A DNA stretch of 64,000 bases from an uncultured Muribaculaceae bacterium (GTDB taxonomy: Bacteria > Bacillota_I > Bacilli_A > RF39 > UBA660): positions 510-64,509 of the forward strand of contig CAYURI010000003.1 in assembly GCA_964447275.1 (NCBI GenBank), written 5' to 3'. The first letter of the stretch is position 1. The number at the start of each line of letters is the position of its first letter. The notes under the pieces were generated by a model. That model saw only the letters and a list, made by a program, of their open reading frames with translations. It had not been told where the DNA came from and searched no databases. Of this stretch, positions 8,166 to 18,279 are shown piece after piece. Both the position numbers and the translations under genes were made by a program.

Positions 8166-9776
8166 ATGAAAGAAAAAATAGAACAAACAATTACTGACGT
8201 TATCAAGGCTTTAGGATTGGTTTGTGAAGAAAAAACTTTTGTTGATATACCTAGTGCAAAAGAAAATGGTGATTATACATCAAATGTTGCTTTAAAGCTT
8301 GCCAGTAAAAATCATATGAAACCAATGGATTTGGCCGAACTAATAAAAAATAATTTTTCATTACCAGATGTTAATAAAATTGAAGTAAAAGCTCCAGGCT
8401 TTATAAACTTCTTTGTCGATAAATCATATTTATTTGCTAACATTGATAAAGTTTTAGACGAAAAAGAAGCTTATGGATCAAATAGAGATGGTTTAAATAA
8501 AAAAATTAATATTGAGTTTGTTAGTGCTAATCCAACTGGTATAATTCACATGGGAAATGCTAGAGGCGGAGCCTATGGCGATAATTTAGCTAGAATTTAT
8601 ACTTTTAATGGATATCAAGTTAATAAAGAATACTATGTAAATGACTCAGGCAATCAAATTGCTAACTTAGGCAAATCATTAAAAACACGTTATTTAGAAG
8701 TATGTGGTATCAATACTTCAATGCCAGAAGATGGTTATTTTGGCGATGATATAAAAAAGTTGGCTAACGAGTTATATGAACAAGAAGAAAATAAATTAAT
8801 CGAAACTGATTATAATTTTTTCGAAGAATATGCTACCAAGAAGTTATTAGACAAAATTATCGCCGACTTAAAAGAGTATCGTGTTTCATATGATACATTA
8901 ACAAGCGAAAAAGCAATTAAAAAAACCAATTATGTTGAAGAAGTTTTAAAAGAATATAAAGCAAAAGAATATACATATGAAAGTGAAGGAGCAACTTGGT
9001 TTAAAGGAACATCTTTTGGCGCTCCAAGAGATTTTGTGTTAATAAAATCAGATGGTAATTATACTTATGTTCTTCCTGATGTTGCTCACCATTTAAATAC
9101 ATTAAGTTTTAATTATGATAAATTAATTAATGTTTTAGGTGCTGATCATCATGGGTACGTACCAGTCATAAAATCAACCCTTAAAGCTTTGGGTAAAGAT
9201 ACCGATAAAATCGATATCAAGTTATTACAATTAGTAAGAGTAGTAAAAGATGGTAAAGAGCTTAGAATGAGTAAAAGAGCAGGGAATTCAATTACTCTAA
9301 AACAATTGTTAGATGAAGTAGGAGTAAATGCAGCAAGATACTTTTTTGCTTCCAGAAGCTTGGATACTCAAATGGATTTTGACTTAGATTTGGCTAAAAA
9401 AGAGAGCAGCGAAAATCCAGTCTTTTATATTTGCTATGCTTATGCTAGAATATGTAGTGTCTTGAAAGATAATGCGCTACCAACAGAAAAGTTAAACTAT
9501 GAAAGCATTAAAAACGATGAGGTTAATCGCTTATTAGAAAAGATTTATCTTTTCCCAGAAATAGTAAAAGATGCAGCTAATAAAGAAATTCCTCATTTAA
9601 TTGCTAATTATGCATATGAACTTGCTAACTTATTTCATGTATATTATTCAAAACATCGTATCTTAACTGAAAATGAAACCGAAACAAAAGAGAGTTTAAA
9701 TTTAATTCAAGCGACTAAGATTGTTTTAAATAATGCTCTAAACTTAATTGGTGTTATACCACCAGAAAAAATGTAG
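8166..9776 (+). CDS. argS: arginine--tRNA ligase
   Basis: 536 aa. Class I HIGH-like region SANPTGIIHMGNARG and KMSKR-like MSKRAGN. Confidence 0.9.
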   Translation: MKEKIEQTITDVIKALGLVCEEKTFVDIPSAKENGDYTSNVALKLASKNHMKPMDLAELIKNNFSLPDVNKIEVKAPGFINFFVDKSYLFANIDKVLDEKEAYGSNRDGLNKKINIEFVSANPTGIIHMGNARGGAYGDNLARIYTFNGYQVNKEYYVNDSGNQIANLGKSLKTRYLEVCGINTSMPEDGYFGDDIKKLANELYEQEENKLIETDYNFFEEYATKKLLDKIIADLKEYRVSYDTLTSEKAIKKTNYVEEVLKEYKAKEYTYESEGATWFKGTSFGAPRDFVLIKSDGNYTYVLPDVAHHLNTLSFNYDKLINVLGADHHGYVPVIKSTLKALGKDTDKIDIKLLQLVRVVKDGKELRMSKRAGNSITLKQLLDEVGVNAARYFFASRSLDTQMDFDLDLAKKESSENPVFYICYAYARICSVLKDNALPTEKLNYESIKNDEVNRLLEKIYLFPEIVKDAANKEIPHLIANYAYELANLFHVYYSKHRILTENETETKESLNLIQATKIVLNNALNLIGVIPPEKM

Positions 9777-9785
9777 GAGGTAACA

Positions 9786-10205
9786 ATGAAACTAAAAGAA
9801 TTAAGTAAAGAAGAATTGGAAAGATTGCCTTATGATGATATTGCTTTTTCAATATTAACTTCATATGGTAAAAAAATGAAAATTCAAACCTTGTTTGGCA
9901 AAATATGTGAATTATTAGGGTTATCAGAAAAAGATTTTGAAGAAAAAATCGCTGATTTTTTTGAATTACTTTCTACTGATAAAAGATTTATTATGCTTCC
10001 TAATGGATATTGGGATTTAAGAAGTAATCATAGCAGAAAGATAGAAATTGATGATGATGACGAAGAATTAATCCCTGAGGCCGAAGAAAGCGATTCCGAT
10101 GAAGATATTTTTTTAGAGGGTGAAGAAGATGACGACGATGTGGAAGACGAATTTAAAGACTTAGTTGTAATTGATCCTGATGAAGAAGATATAGGTCTTT
10201 TATAG
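9786..10205 (+). CDS. rpoE: DNA-directed RNA polymerase delta subunit
   Basis: 139 aa. N-terminal HARE-HTH-like domain followed by a highly acidic D/E C-terminal tail, the hallmark of Firmicute RpoE. Confidence 0.75.
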   Translation: MKLKELSKEELERLPYDDIAFSILTSYGKKMKIQTLFGKICELLGLSEKDFEEKIADFFELLSTDKRFIMLPNGYWDLRSNHSRKIEIDDDDEELIPEAEESDSDEDIFLEGEEDDDDVEDEFKDLVVIDPDEEDIGLL

Positions 10206-10246
10206 CTTCTTAAGATTATTTTATTTAATAGAAAGAAGGTATAAAG

Positions 10247-11311
10247 ATGTTTAATAGATTAGATGATATTGTTTCAAGATATCAAGAAATTTCTGAAAAG
10301 CTAACAACTGATGAAGTAATTAGTAATTTTGAATTGATGAAACAATTACTAAAAGAACAAAAAAGTTATGAAAAAATCGTTCAAAAATATGAAGAATATA
10401 AAAAAGTTATAGCTCAAATTGAAGAAACTAAAGGAATGGTTAATGATCCCGAGCTAAGAGATATAGCTAACGAAGAATTAGATTTATTAAAAGAACAAGA
10501 AATCTCTTTAAAAAAGGAATTGGAAATTTTGCTTGTTCCTAAAGACGAAAATGATGAAAAAAACATTATTATGGAAATCCGTGGTGCCGCCGGTGGCGAT
10601 GAAGCTAATATTTTTGCTGGTGATTTATTTAGAATGTATGCTAAATATTTTGAAAGAAACGGGTGGAAAGTAGAAATTCTTAATGAAGTTGTTGGGTCAG
10701 CTGGTGGTTATTCCCAAATAGAATTTATGGTAAAGGGCGAAAATGTTTATGCTAAATTAAAATTTGAAAGTGGCGCTCACCGTGTTCAAAGAGTTCCTGA
10801 AACAGAAGCGCAAGGAAGAGTACACACATCAACCGCAACAGTTTTAGTTATGCCGGAAGCTGACGATGTTAACGTTGAAGTAAAAGAAGCGGACTTAAAA
10901 ATTGATGTTTACCACAGTAGTGGAGCAGGTGGGCAAAGTGTTAATACTGCTGACTCAGCAGTTAGAATAACCCATATCCCCAGTGGCATAGTAGTTACTT
11001 GTCAAACGGAAAGAAGCCAATTAAAAAACAAAGAAAGAGCTTTATCAGTTTTAAAAACAAGATTATATGACTATGAGCTTCAAAAGCAAGAAAGTAAAAT
11101 AGAGAGCGAAAGAAGAAATAAGATTGGCACGGGAGATCGTTCTGAAAAAATTAGAACATATAATTATCCTCAAAATAGAGTTACTGATCATCGTATAAAT
11201 TTTTCAACAATGGCTTTGGATAATGTTATGGAAGGTTATCTTGATGAAATTATTGAAGCTTTAATTGCTGCCAATCAAAAACTAAATCTAGAAAAAAGTG
11301 AAAATGAATAA
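10247..11311 (+). CDS. prfA: peptide chain release factor 1
   Basis: 354 aa with GGQ motif (SGAGGQSVN) and PxT-type region. Followed by prmC. Confidence 0.9.
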   Translation: MFNRLDDIVSRYQEISEKLTTDEVISNFELMKQLLKEQKSYEKIVQKYEEYKKVIAQIEETKGMVNDPELRDIANEELDLLKEQEISLKKELEILLVPKDENDEKNIIMEIRGAAGGDEANIFAGDLFRMYAKYFERNGWKVEILNEVVGSAGGYSQIEFMVKGENVYAKLKFESGAHRVQRVPETEAQGRVHTSTATVLVMPEADDVNVEVKEADLKIDVYHSSGAGGQSVNTADSAVRITHIPSGIVVTCQTERSQLKNKERALSVLKTRLYDYELQKQESKIESERRNKIGTGDRSEKIRTYNYPQNRVTDHRINFSTMALDNVMEGYLDEIIEALIAANQKLNLEKSENE

Positions 11312-12026
11312 GATTACCAAAATAGATTATGATTTACTCTTAAAGCTAAAGGGTAAGAATTTTAAACGAACTTTAAATAAAGTTAACAAAGGATATCCAA
11401 TTCAATATGCAATTGGTCATGTTAACTTTTTTGGTTATGAAATAAAAGTTAACAAAAATGTTTTAATTCCTCGTTTTGAAACTGAGCAACTAGTAGAAGA
11501 AACTTTAAAATTAATTAATAGTAATGAAACAATTAAAATTTTAGATTTAGGAACTGGTAGTGGTTGCATTGCTATTAGTTTAAAAAAGCGTCTTCCCAAT
11601 TCAGAAGTAACTGCTATCGATAAATCTTTTAAAGCATTACAAGTGGCTAAAAAAAATGCGATGATTAATGATGTTGATATTAACTTTAGAAGAATGAATA
11701 TGGAAAAAATTATTCCTGGTAAATATGATCTTATTATAAGTAATCCACCTTACATTTCTAAGGATGAAGAGGTTATGCCTTTGGTAAAGAAATATGAACC
11801 AAAGATGGCTTTATTTGCCAAAAAAGACGGGCTATATTTTTATGAGGTTATCCTCAATAATTATAAAGATCATTTAACAACTAATGGTATTATTGCTTTA
11901 GAAATTGGTCATTTACAAAAAGAAGCAATTTTCAATATAATAAAAAAAGCAATGCCTAAAGCTCGTTTTGTCTGTCAAAAAGACTATAGTGGTAAGGATC
12001 GTTTTATATTTATTTTTAATAGCTAA
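11298..12026 (+). CDS. prmC: release factor glutamine N5-methyltransferase
   Basis: 242 aa. SAM motif LDLGTGSGCIA and NPPY motif. Confidence 0.85.
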   Translation: MKMNKITKIDYDLLLKLKGKNFKRTLNKVNKGYPIQYAIGHVNFFGYEIKVNKNVLIPRFETEQLVEETLKLINSNETIKILDLGTGSGCIAISLKKRLPNSEVTAIDKSFKALQVAKKNAMINDVDINFRRMNMEKIIPGKYDLIISNPPYISKDEEVMPLVKKYEPKMALFAKKDGLYFYEVILNNYKDHLTTNGIIALEIGHLQKEAIFNIIKKAMPKARFVCQKDYSGKDRFIFIFNS

Positions 12027-12108
12027 AACTTGTTTGATTATGTAAATAGATTACTAGTTTAATTGACAATTAAGGCTTTTACATATTATAGTTTATATGG
12101 TGAAGTAT

Positions 12109-12936
12109 ATGAAGAAAGCTTACAAAGTATTATTAAAAGCGTATCAACGAAAATATGCTGTTCCGCAATTTAATATTAATAATTTGGAATGGACTAAATA
12201 TATATTAGAAGCTTGCGAAGAATTAAAAAGTCCAGTTATTCTAGGTGTAAGCCCTAAGTCAGCTATTTATATGGGTGGATATTATACAGTTAGAAATTTA
12301 GTTGATGGATTGATAAAAGATTTGCAAATTTCCATTCCGGTAATATTGCATTTAGACCATGCTAAAAGTTATGAAGAAGCTGAAAAAGCTATTCTTGCTA
12401 GATTTGATTCTGTAATGATTGATGTGGCCAAAGAAGAGATTAATCAAAATATTCTAATAACTAACAAGACTTTTAAAAAGGCCAAAGGAATTATGGTTGA
12501 AGCTGAGATTGGTAAAATTGAAAATAATATGGATACTGATAAAACAGACTTAGAATCAGTTCTTTATTTTAATAAAAAAGCTAAATTTGATTTATTGGCC
12601 CCGGCGATAGGTAATTATCATGGAATAAAAAACATTCCACCAGATATTGATTTAAACTTATTGAAAACCATTTTTGGCAATATCAAAAAACCTTTAGTAT
12701 TACATGGCGGAACAAACTTATCGGCAGAAGTATTAAAAAGCTCAATTAACCTTGGAGTTGCCAAAATAAATTTTAATACTGAGTTGCAAGATGCTTGGGC
12801 AAAAGCCTTAAAAACTTATTTATCTTTAAACCCTAACGAAATAGATCCAAGAAAAATAATTGGTGCCGGTGAAATAGCACTAAAAGAAGTAGTTAAAAAC
12901 AAAATAACCATTTTAAATTCAGCAAGTAAGGAGTAA
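12109..12936 (+). CDS. fba: class II fructose-bisphosphate aldolase (start ATG 12109 preferred over 12097 by SD GGTGA)
   Basis: Class II aldolase signature (YAVPQFNINNLEW, LHLDHA, LVLHGGT), ~275 aa. Confidence 0.8.
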   Translation: MKKAYKVLLKAYQRKYAVPQFNINNLEWTKYILEACEELKSPVILGVSPKSAIYMGGYYTVRNLVDGLIKDLQISIPVILHLDHAKSYEEAEKAILARFDSVMIDVAKEEINQNILITNKTFKKAKGIMVEAEIGKIENNMDTDKTDLESVLYFNKKAKFDLLAPAIGNYHGIKNIPPDIDLNLLKTIFGNIKKPLVLHGGTNLSAEVLKSSINLGVAKINFNTELQDAWAKALKTYLSLNPNEIDPRKIIGAGEIALKEVVKNKITILNSASKE

Positions 12937-12941
12937 CTGCG

Positions 12942-14195
12942 ATGCAAAAAATAATTATTAGTGGTCAGCATGAGCTAACCGGGGAAATAAAAATAAGTGG
13001 TGCCAAAAATAGTGCGGTAGCTTTAATACCAGCCGCAATATTAAGTGATGATGAAGCAAGTATTTTTAATGTTCCTAAAATTTCTGATATAGGAGCCTTA
13101 ACGGAAATCTTAGAAAAACTAAATTGTACTTGTGAGCTGGATAAAGACTCAATAAAGATAAACACTAAAAACATGAAAAATGCTTTAATAGAGGAAGAAT
13201 TGTCTTCTAAACTAAGAGCCTCTTATTATTTTATGGGAGCTTTGTTAGGTAAATTTAAAAAAGTAGAAATGTTTTTCCCTGGTGGATGTAGAATTGGCTC
13301 AAGACCAATTGATTTGCATTTAAAAGGGTTTGAAAAAATGGGAGCTAAGGTTATGACTTCCGGGACAGATAAATATGTAATTGAAGCAGAAAAATTAAAA
13401 GGGGCCAGAATATATTTGGACTTCGCTAGTGTTGGAGCAACTATAAATTTAATGCTAGCGGCAACCAGAGCTGAGGGTGAAACAGTTATTTCCAATGCTG
13501 CTAAAGAACCAGAAATAGTTAATGTTGCAACATTTTTAAACAATATGGGAGCACAAATATTTGGGGCTGGAACTAGTGAAATAAAGGTAATTGGCGTTGA
13601 CAAATTATCTGGTGGAATGATAGATGTTATCCCCGATCGTATTGAAGCTGGGACATATGTAATAATTGGTGCTCTTTTAGGCAAAAAACTTAAAATAACT
13701 GATATTATTCCTCTTCATATCGAATCTTTAACCTCAAAGTTAAAAGAAATGGGTGTAGACTTTGAAATAGATGAAAACAGTATTACTCTAAATAAGTGTG
13801 AAGAGTTAAAGCCAATAAATATAAAGTCTTTAATATATCCAGGGTTTCCAACAGATTTAGGGCAGCCAATGACAACATTATTAACCCAATGCTATGGCGT
13901 ATCTTTTTTTGAGGAAACCATTTATGAAAATCGTGTTGGTCATATTGAAGAACTGAATAAGATGGGAGCTAATATTAAAAATATTCAACCCAATGCCATT
14001 ATTTATGGTAAAACGCCCTTAAAAGGTTGCGAAGTGAAATCAACAGATTTAAGAGCCGGAGCTGCTTTAGTAATTGCTGGACTTATTGCTTCTGGCAAAA
14101 CAACAATAGATGATGCCGAACATATTTTAAGAGGTTATGAAAATATCGCCAAGAAATTAAAGGCTGTGGGAGCTAAAATAGAATTAAAAAATTAG
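12942..14195 (+). CDS. murA: UDP-N-acetylglucosamine 1-carboxyvinyltransferase
   Basis: 417 aa, EPSP-synthase fold. Active-site Cys in FFPGGCRIGSRPIDLH. Confidence 0.9.
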   Translation: MQKIIISGQHELTGEIKISGAKNSAVALIPAAILSDDEASIFNVPKISDIGALTEILEKLNCTCELDKDSIKINTKNMKNALIEEELSSKLRASYYFMGALLGKFKKVEMFFPGGCRIGSRPIDLHLKGFEKMGAKVMTSGTDKYVIEAEKLKGARIYLDFASVGATINLMLAATRAEGETVISNAAKEPEIVNVATFLNNMGAQIFGAGTSEIKVIGVDKLSGGMIDVIPDRIEAGTYVIIGALLGKKLKITDIIPLHIESLTSKLKEMGVDFEIDENSITLNKCEELKPINIKSLIYPGFPTDLGQPMTTLLTQCYGVSFFEETIYENRVGHIEELNKMGANIKNIQPNAIIYGKTPLKGCEVKSTDLRAGAALVIAGLIASGKTTIDDAEHILRGYENIAKKLKAVGAKIELKN

Positions 14196-14280
14196 TTGCC
14201 AAAAATAAAACTTATGCTATAATACACTAGGAAACAAATTACTATAACTAAATCTTAGTTATGGCGGAAGGAGAAAAATT

Positions 14281-14484
14281 ATGAAAAAGGGAATCCATCC
14301 AGAAATGAAAGAGACCACTTTTAAATGTGCTTGTGGAGCAACATTTAAGGCATTATCAACAAAAGAAAATGTGACTGTTGATGTTTGCAGCGAATGCCAT
14401 CCTTTCTACACTGGAACACAAGGGAAACACAAGAAAACTGGATCAGTAGAAAAGTTTAATAAAAAATTTGGCTTAAATAAATAA
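14281..14484 (+). CDS. rpmE: 50S ribosomal protein L31 (zinc-ribbon C+ form)
   Basis: 67 aa. CxxC...CxxCH motifs (CACG...CSECH). Confidence 0.9.
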   Translation: MKKGIHPEMKETTFKCACGATFKALSTKENVTVDVCSECHPFYTGTQGKHKKTGSVEKFNKKFGLNK

Positions 14485-14507
14485 ACTACTTTATAGTAGT
14501 TTTTTTA
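14483..14507 (+). terminator. rho-independent terminator after rpmE
   Basis: AAACTACTttatAGTAGTTT followed by TTTTTT. Confidence 0.7.
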
Positions 14508-14531
14508 TGCTATAATTTTATTGGTGATAAT

Positions 14532-15521
14532 ATGAAATATATTTTGCAAAGAATTATTAAGATGGATTATAAAAATTTCTTTATAACAATTAAAAAAATT
14601 AGTAAAAAAACAAAAAAACCGGTTATTTTAATTTTTTTAGATATTGTCTACACGGGAATAAAATTTAAAGCTGGATACATGGATTATTATTTATTAAAGA
14701 TGTATGAAATGAACAATAAAGAAAAATCTACTTATTTAGTAAGAGGCAAAAATAATGAATTAATTGAAAAACTGAACAAAAAAAGTGATATCCATCTTCT
14801 AAATAATAAAATTGAAACCAATAAATTATTATCTAAATATTTAAAAAGAAATTGGTCTTATTTAGATAATAAAAATATTAATAAATTTATTCGTAATAAC
14901 CCTAGGTTTATTGCTAAACCAAGTAATGGTCAATGCGGCAAAGGAATTGAAATAATTGATACCGCAAAATTTAAAAATAGTGAAGCCATTTTAGCTTACC
15001 TAAAAGAAAATAAGCTTGATTTATTAGAAGAAATTATTAAACAACACAAGTTGTTAAATAAGATAAATTCTAGCTCAGTAAATACTATAAGAATAGTTTC
15101 TATATATAATAAAAAAGTTTTCTATGTTGGGGCTTGCTTTAGAATTGGTAACAAAAAATTTGTTGATAATTTTGAAAGTGGTGGAATGACAGCCAAAGTT
15201 GATGTTGAAAGCGGCATAGTTTTAAGCCCGGCTATTGATAAAGCTGGCAACGTTTATTATAGTCACCCGGTTACTAAAACTAAAATTGAAGGATTTAAAA
15301 TACCTTATTATAAAGAAGCTCTAGATTTAATTGCTGATATGGCTAAATTAGTTCCAACCATCAGATATGTTGGATGGGATATTGCCATAACTGAGAGCGG
15401 GCCAGTATTAGTAGAGGCTAATCCTTTGCCGGGTTCGCAAATAACCCAGATGCCTTATCCTGGTGGTAAAAAAGAAGGTTGTCTACCTAAAATAAATGCG
15501 GCGCTAAATTATAAAATATGA
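14532..15521 (+). CDS. ATP-grasp enzyme of the sugar-transfer-associated / alpha-L-glutamate-ligase-related type
   Basis: 329 aa, ATP-grasp-like central and C-terminal regions (FIAKPSNGQCGKGIEII; VGWDIAITESGPVLVEANPLPG). Own promoter TGCTATAAT at 14507-14517. Confidence 0.5.
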   Translation: MKYILQRIIKMDYKNFFITIKKISKKTKKPVILIFLDIVYTGIKFKAGYMDYYLLKMYEMNNKEKSTYLVRGKNNELIEKLNKKSDIHLLNNKIETNKLLSKYLKRNWSYLDNKNINKFIRNNPRFIAKPSNGQCGKGIEIIDTAKFKNSEAILAYLKENKLDLLEEIIKQHKLLNKINSSSVNTIRIVSIYNKKVFYVGACFRIGNKKFVDNFESGGMTAKVDVESGIVLSPAIDKAGNVYYSHPVTKTKIEGFKIPYYKEALDLIADMAKLVPTIRYVGWDIAITESGPVLVEANPLPGSQITQMPYPGGKKEGCLPKINAALNYKI

Positions 15522-15546
15522 TAAAATATAAGTAGGATGTGATTAT

Positions 15547-16008
15547 ATGATAATTTCTATTGGAGCTGATCATTGGGGTATAGAAATGAAAAACTATATC
15601 ATTATGAATTTAATGAATAATGGGCTTGTTATCAATAATTATGGCCCTAATGAAAATAATGGCAAAAAAGTTGACTATGTTGATTATGCAATAAGAGTTG
15701 GCGAAGATATTAAAAATAATAATGCTGACTTTGGCATTCTTATATGTCGTACTGGAGTAGGAATGAGTATTGCTTGCAACAAAGTAAAAAGTGTTAGATG
15801 TGCAAAAGTTGATACTGAAGAAGAGGCTTATTTAGCAAGAACTGATGATAATGCCAATGTAATTGCCATAAGTAGTCAAAAAGACAAAGAAGAGGCTCTA
15901 ACAATTATTAGAACATTTTTAAAAACAAAATTTAGTTTAGAAGAAAGATACGTAAGAAGAGTTAACAAAATAAAGAGTTATGAGAATGGTCGTCATGGAG
16001 AATTATAA
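15547..16008 (+). CDS. rpiB: ribose-5-phosphate isomerase B (RpiB/LacA/LacB family)
   Basis: 153 aa. ICRTGVGMSIACNK motif typical of the RpiB family. Confidence 0.8.
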   Translation: MIISIGADHWGIEMKNYIIMNLMNNGLVINNYGPNENNGKKVDYVDYAIRVGEDIKNNNADFGILICRTGVGMSIACNKVKSVRCAKVDTEEEAYLARTDDNANVIAISSQKDKEEALTIIRTFLKTKFSLEERYVRRVNKIKSYENGRHGEL

Positions 16009-16195
16009 AGTATTTATTTATATAATTGTAACAATGGTTTCAGCTTTTGCTTTATCAGGAGTAAACTTTAATAATTTTTTTAAAAAAGAAAGAGTTGTCG
16101 AAGCAAAAATATTTGTTGTTTTAATTACACTTTCTTTAAGTTATTTAGCAAGCAATTTTATTATCAATTTTCTAGAAATAAGCAAAATAGTTTAA
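15980..16195 (+). CDS. small hydrophobic protein with two predicted TM helices (start uncertain: 15980, 15986 or 15995), overlaps 3' end of rpiB
   Basis: ORF-track 71-aa product with two hydrophobic segments. Followed by a terminator. Lies immediately upstream of the agr-like regulator. Confidence 0.35.
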   Translation: MRMVVMENYKVFIYIIVTMVSAFALSGVNFNNFFKKERVVEAKIFVVLITLSLSYLASNFIINFLEISKIV

Positions 16196-16202
16196 ATAAA
16201 AG

Positions 16203-16232
16203 TACAAAATTAGGATTTTGTGCTTTTATTTT
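16203..16232 (+). terminator. rho-independent terminator
   Basis: ACAAAATtaggATTTTGT followed by GCTTTTATTTT. An extended -10 TGTTATAAT follows at 16236-16244. Confidence 0.5.
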
Positions 16233-16270
16233 GTATGTTATAATTGCTATTAGTTAACACGGAGGCCATA

Positions 16271-16987
16271 ATGTTAAAAATCATAATTGTTGAAGATGAA
16301 GAAGAGATGCAAAAAAGAATAAAGCTAATTGTAATGAAAGCTTTATTCTCTAAAAATATTGAATTTCAAACTTATATATTCAAAAATTATAATGAGGAAT
16401 TAAAAAAACTTATTAATGATAACTCCCAGCCAAAAATTTTTCTTTTAGATATAGAATTGAAAAGAAGCATATCAGGAATAGATATAGCTAATATAATTAG
16501 AAAAGAAGATTGGGAAAGTGAAATTGTGTTTTTAACGAATCATGATAAAATGTTCGAAAAAGTTTATCGAACGATATATAAAGTTTTTGACTTTATTGAA
16601 AAGTATCACGATTTTGATAATCGCCTTTTAAAAGTTCTGAAAATTATAGTGTCTAACGGTCATGATAATGCGATGCTAAAAATTACTAACAAGAATATGA
16701 CACTGCAATTATATTATAAAGATATTCTTTATATCACAAGAGATACCATAGAAAGGAAACTAATTATTTATACGACAACTAATAAGTTTTCTTTATTGAT
16801 GCCAATTAGTAAATGTTTAGAAAACCTTGATGGTCGCTTTAAAATGGTCCATCGCGCTTGTATAATTAATTCTGATCGTGTTGCAAAATATAATTGGAAT
16901 AAAAAGTCTTTTGTTCTTGAAAATGGTGCAGAAATATTCTTACTTTCTAAAAAATATAAAGGGGTGATACAAGATGATAAGCGTTAA
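16271..16987 (+). CDS. agrA: AgrA-like two-component response regulator (REC + LytTR DNA-binding domain). ATG 16271 with SD GGAGG; the track ORF starts at TTG 16244.
   Basis: Receiver domain (IIIVEDEEEM...FLLDIEL) and C-terminal LytTR-type segment (ITNKNMTLQLYYKDILYITRD...HRACIINSDRV). Confidence 0.75.
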   Translation: MLKIIIVEDEEEMQKRIKLIVMKALFSKNIEFQTYIFKNYNEELKKLINDNSQPKIFLLDIELKRSISGIDIANIIRKEDWESEIVFLTNHDKMFEKVYRTIYKVFDFIEKYHDFDNRLLKVLKIIVSNGHDNAMLKITNKNMTLQLYYKDILYITRDTIERKLIIYTTTNKFSLLMPISKCLENLDGRFKMVHRACIINSDRVAKYNWNKKSFVLENGAEIFLLSKKYKGVIQDDKR

Positions 16988-18275
16988 ACATGTTTTGCAG
17001 TTTTTATTTGTTCTGATTAACGAAGGATTGATTTTTTATTTTGTTAATAAAGAATTAGAGACTAGAATAAAACTTAATCTTAAAGGCATCATCATTATTT
17101 TATTTGCTTCGCTTCTGATATCAATAAATAACATGTGTTCTGCTTTTGAGTTGAGGCTGATTGGCAATTACCTAATTGGGTTGTTAATGTTTGTTTCCTT
17201 AAAAAACGACTTTAAAAAGTCGGCTTTGTATTATTCGCTAATAATGCTTTTTGGTGTTCTCTCTGAGTTATTGCTATCGATAATTTTATCAATCTTCTTT
17301 TCTAGCATTACAAACTTAAGCTTTTGGATACAACCATTACTAATTATAGTTACTTACTTAGTTTGGTTCGGTGGGTGGTTTTTGTTTATTTCATCAAAAC
17401 GGGTAAAATATATTTTAAACAAAATAGAAAATAGTATAAATAGTATTTTTAGAATTGAAGTCTTGCTTATAGTTCTGTTTTTTATAATTGATGTTGTGGT
17501 AGTAGAGCATTATTTCAATCTAAAGGATCATCTTCTACTTTTAGCATCAATAATAGCCCTAAATCTCTTATTTATTTTAATTTTTATAATTTTAAAAAAT
17601 CGTCTAAGATTAAAAACTTTAGAAATATCTAATAACTATTTAAAGAACAATATTGACTTATATGAAAGAATTATTAAAGACCATAATATTATGAAGCATA
17701 ACTTAATTAGTGATTTAATGATAATTAAATCGGTAGCAAGCAGAAAAAGCCAAAAAATTATTGACGAGAAAATAAAATCCTATAAAGAAGGTTATAGCTG
17801 GATAAGCGATATTAATGGGCTACCCGAAGGATTAAAAGGGCTTATTTGCCTAAAAATAGTTGAAGCTAAAAACTTTGGCGTAGAATTAATATCAGAATGC
17901 TCCGGAGTTTGTAATTATAATATATCAAAGAGTTTATCAGCAAAGATCTATCTTGATTTATGCGAAAAACTAGATATTTTAATTGATAATGCAGTAGAAG
18001 CAGCATCCTTATGCCAAACAAAAGTTGTTGAAATAACAGTTAATACAACTAAAAACAAAAAAGTCACTATTGAGGTATCTAACCCATTTTTAAATGAAGT
18101 TGATTTTTCTAAATTTGGCAAAGAAGATAACTCTACTAAAATGAGAAATAGTGGGTATGGGTTATACTACATTTTGAAAAATAAAAGCAGTAAAATAAAA
18201 ACCAAGTTTGAAATTATTAACGATGTTTATATAGCTAGGATAACTGTCGATATAAAAAATATAGCTAATAAATAG
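16974..18275 (+). CDS. agrC: AgrC-like membrane histidine kinase (HPK10 family)
   Basis: 433 aa. ~6 N-terminal TM helices. H-box MKHNLISDLMII resembles the AgrC FKHDY box. N/G boxes DNAVEAAS and GYGLYY. Overlaps the regulator stop, so it is an operon. Confidence 0.75.
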   Translation: MISVKHVLQFLFVLINEGLIFYFVNKELETRIKLNLKGIIIILFASLLISINNMCSAFELRLIGNYLIGLLMFVSLKNDFKKSALYYSLIMLFGVLSELLLSIILSIFFSSITNLSFWIQPLLIIVTYLVWFGGWFLFISSKRVKYILNKIENSINSIFRIEVLLIVLFFIIDVVVVEHYFNLKDHLLLLASIIALNLLFILIFIILKNRLRLKTLEISNNYLKNNIDLYERIIKDHNIMKHNLISDLMIIKSVASRKSQKIIDEKIKSYKEGYSWISDINGLPEGLKGLICLKIVEAKNFGVELISECSGVCNYNISKSLSAKIYLDLCEKLDILIDNAVEAASLCQTKVVEITVNTTKNKKVTIEVSNPFLNEVDFSKFGKEDNSTKMRNSGYGLYYILKNKSSKIKTKFEIINDVYIARITVDIKNIANK

Positions 18276-18279
18276 CTAT

